A stretch of DNA of 63,862 nt, counting the filler, from Lenisia limosa (Eukaryota; Protista; Breviatea): NCBI GenBank assembly GCA_001655205.1. It is 15 parts of 15 records of this genome, joined end to end, with 100 filler letters (N's around TTAATTAATTAA, not from the genome) between each part and the next. Parts side by side here need not be neighbours in the genome. Positions count along the whole stretch, not along the records: positions 62,690 to 63,862 come from LPNZ01001500.1; 14 more parts are not named here. One strand, 5' to 3'. Within the stretch, counting starts at the first letter, position 1. Each line of letters opens with the position of its first letter. A program made the translations under genes and the position numbers. The notes under the pieces are model-generated. The model was not told where the DNA came from and did no database searches. It saw nothing but the letters and a program-made list of their open reading frames with translations. This document shows positions 62,713-63,862 of this stretch, piece by piece.

Positions 62713-63797
62713 ATTGGCGATGAGCATTGGTCTCTCATGAAGCCTTCTCACATTGAAGAGCCAACCGGCGTGATCTCTCGCAGAACCAGAGTGGGGCTAG
62801 GGGAGTAATATTTCTGATATCTAGGGCTACTGACTTTTTCGATAAATCCTCGAAAACTATCGATATTTTTCCGGACTTTTTTGGGACCGTGGGAAGCCAT
62901 AATGATGATATTATATATAATGCGGTGGGGGTGTGGTGGTGTTTACTATTTCTTGACAAGCACGGGGACCGTTTTATTTTCCTTTGATTATCTAGGGTAA
63001 CGAAGAAGATTGGACAGTCGTTGTCAGAACAGATCCCGAAGATCTTGGAGAGGTGAGTTGTTTCGCGTTTTCGTTAGGCTTTTTTTTTTGAAATTAGCAT
63101 AGTTAGCGAGCATATGAAGCCGCCGGAATTGATGAGGAATTGATTGTGGATTTTTCATTTAATGCACCCACACCCCAGTGCTGAATGAGCTGTTTTTTTT
63201 TGTTTTGGTGGGTTAATATTTCATGTTTCAAATAATAAAAATACTCCACCCATTTCAGATACATGTATTTTTTTTTATTTTATTTTTTTACGTTAGTTTA
63301 ATATCCTTTCTCCTTCTCATCAAACTAGTGTGGTGGTGACGTGTACGGCCACGGGGATCCCCTGCATGTTCACGGACATATTCATGAAGAAGAGACTCAG
63401 TCCGAAGGTTTGAACTGGAAAATATCACATGCATGTACTATATTAACAGAGGATTGAAAAGAACACATAACCATGCCAGAAACAAATTGTGAGTGGTATG
63501 CTTTGATGAAATTGGATATGATGTCATATCCTGGGTAACAAACAATTAATACTCTGTCATGAAGCGCACCTTAGTGATACTGTAGTCACATAAAGGGTTG
63601 TATTGCCTCATAAATACTGTTTTCTACTGTAAAAAGTGAGCCCTTTTAAATCTAAAGAATTCCAAATCACTTGGACTTTCAAGAAACAGGAAATTCACTG
63701 TTTTAGAGGAAACAGTAAGCCACAGCAAGCGAGCAACTTGGAAGTACCTCAACATGGATTACTATAATGACTTCGCGAGATTCAATCGTTGGAGGGG
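62713..63797 (+). CDS. Possible ADAM/reprolysin (M12B) metalloprotease prodomain-catalytic junction, fragment
   Basis: IGDEHWSLMKP..|GNEEDWTVVVRTDPEDLGE|CGGDVYGHGDPLHVHGHIHEEETQSE|EETVSHSKRATWKYLNMDYYNDFARFNRW. The order is CG (cysteine-switch-like), His-rich linker, KR (furin-like), then KYL..ND..RF. The HEXXH motif is outside the window. Confidence 0.4.
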
Positions 63798-63862
63798 TGT
63801 GAATACTGTTTTTGAATTAATAGAGGAAAGAGGAAAGAAAGAAACATAATACTGAGATGTGC

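Overview
Intron-rich eukaryotic (protist-like) draft sequence. It consists of 15 apparently unrelated contigs joined by artificial 100-bp spacers (44 N + TTAATTAATTAA + 44 N), with further N gaps that often start at G/C homopolymers. Host genes use the standard code and GT-AG introns, so the six-frame ORF track is largely uninformative; genes were reconstructed by splicing short exons by eye. Recognisable genes, mostly partial: an LBP/BPI-family lipid-binding protein, ERCC6/CSB (Rad26) SNF2 ATPase, an RluA-family (RPUSD2/Pus9-like) pseudouridine synthase, a CEP19-like ciliary protein, a Na+/H+ exchanger, a UBE2T-like E2 and NSF/Sec18. Lower-confidence calls are an importin-9-like HEAT protein, an ADAM/reprolysin-like fragment and several hypothetical genes. 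Introns are crowded with short repeats: about 40 copies of a TA-flanked GGGCTTC...GAAGCCC MITE, CACT-ended MITEs, GGGCTCTGTGCAATT MITEs and two TIR-less families. The most interesting leads are: (1) a TIR-less ~150-bp repeat found only in the sense orientation of its host gene, often supplying the pyrimidine tract of a 3' splice site; (2) complementary G-runs and C-runs at the two ends of introns with very degenerate donors; (3) a bacterial-type glycoside-hydrolase-like domain built into a multi-exon type I membrane protein; (4) a 250-codon intronic frame interrupted only by TAA/TAG; (5) a hAT-transposase-like relic inside a CSB intron. No database search could be run; family assignments come from remembered motifs.
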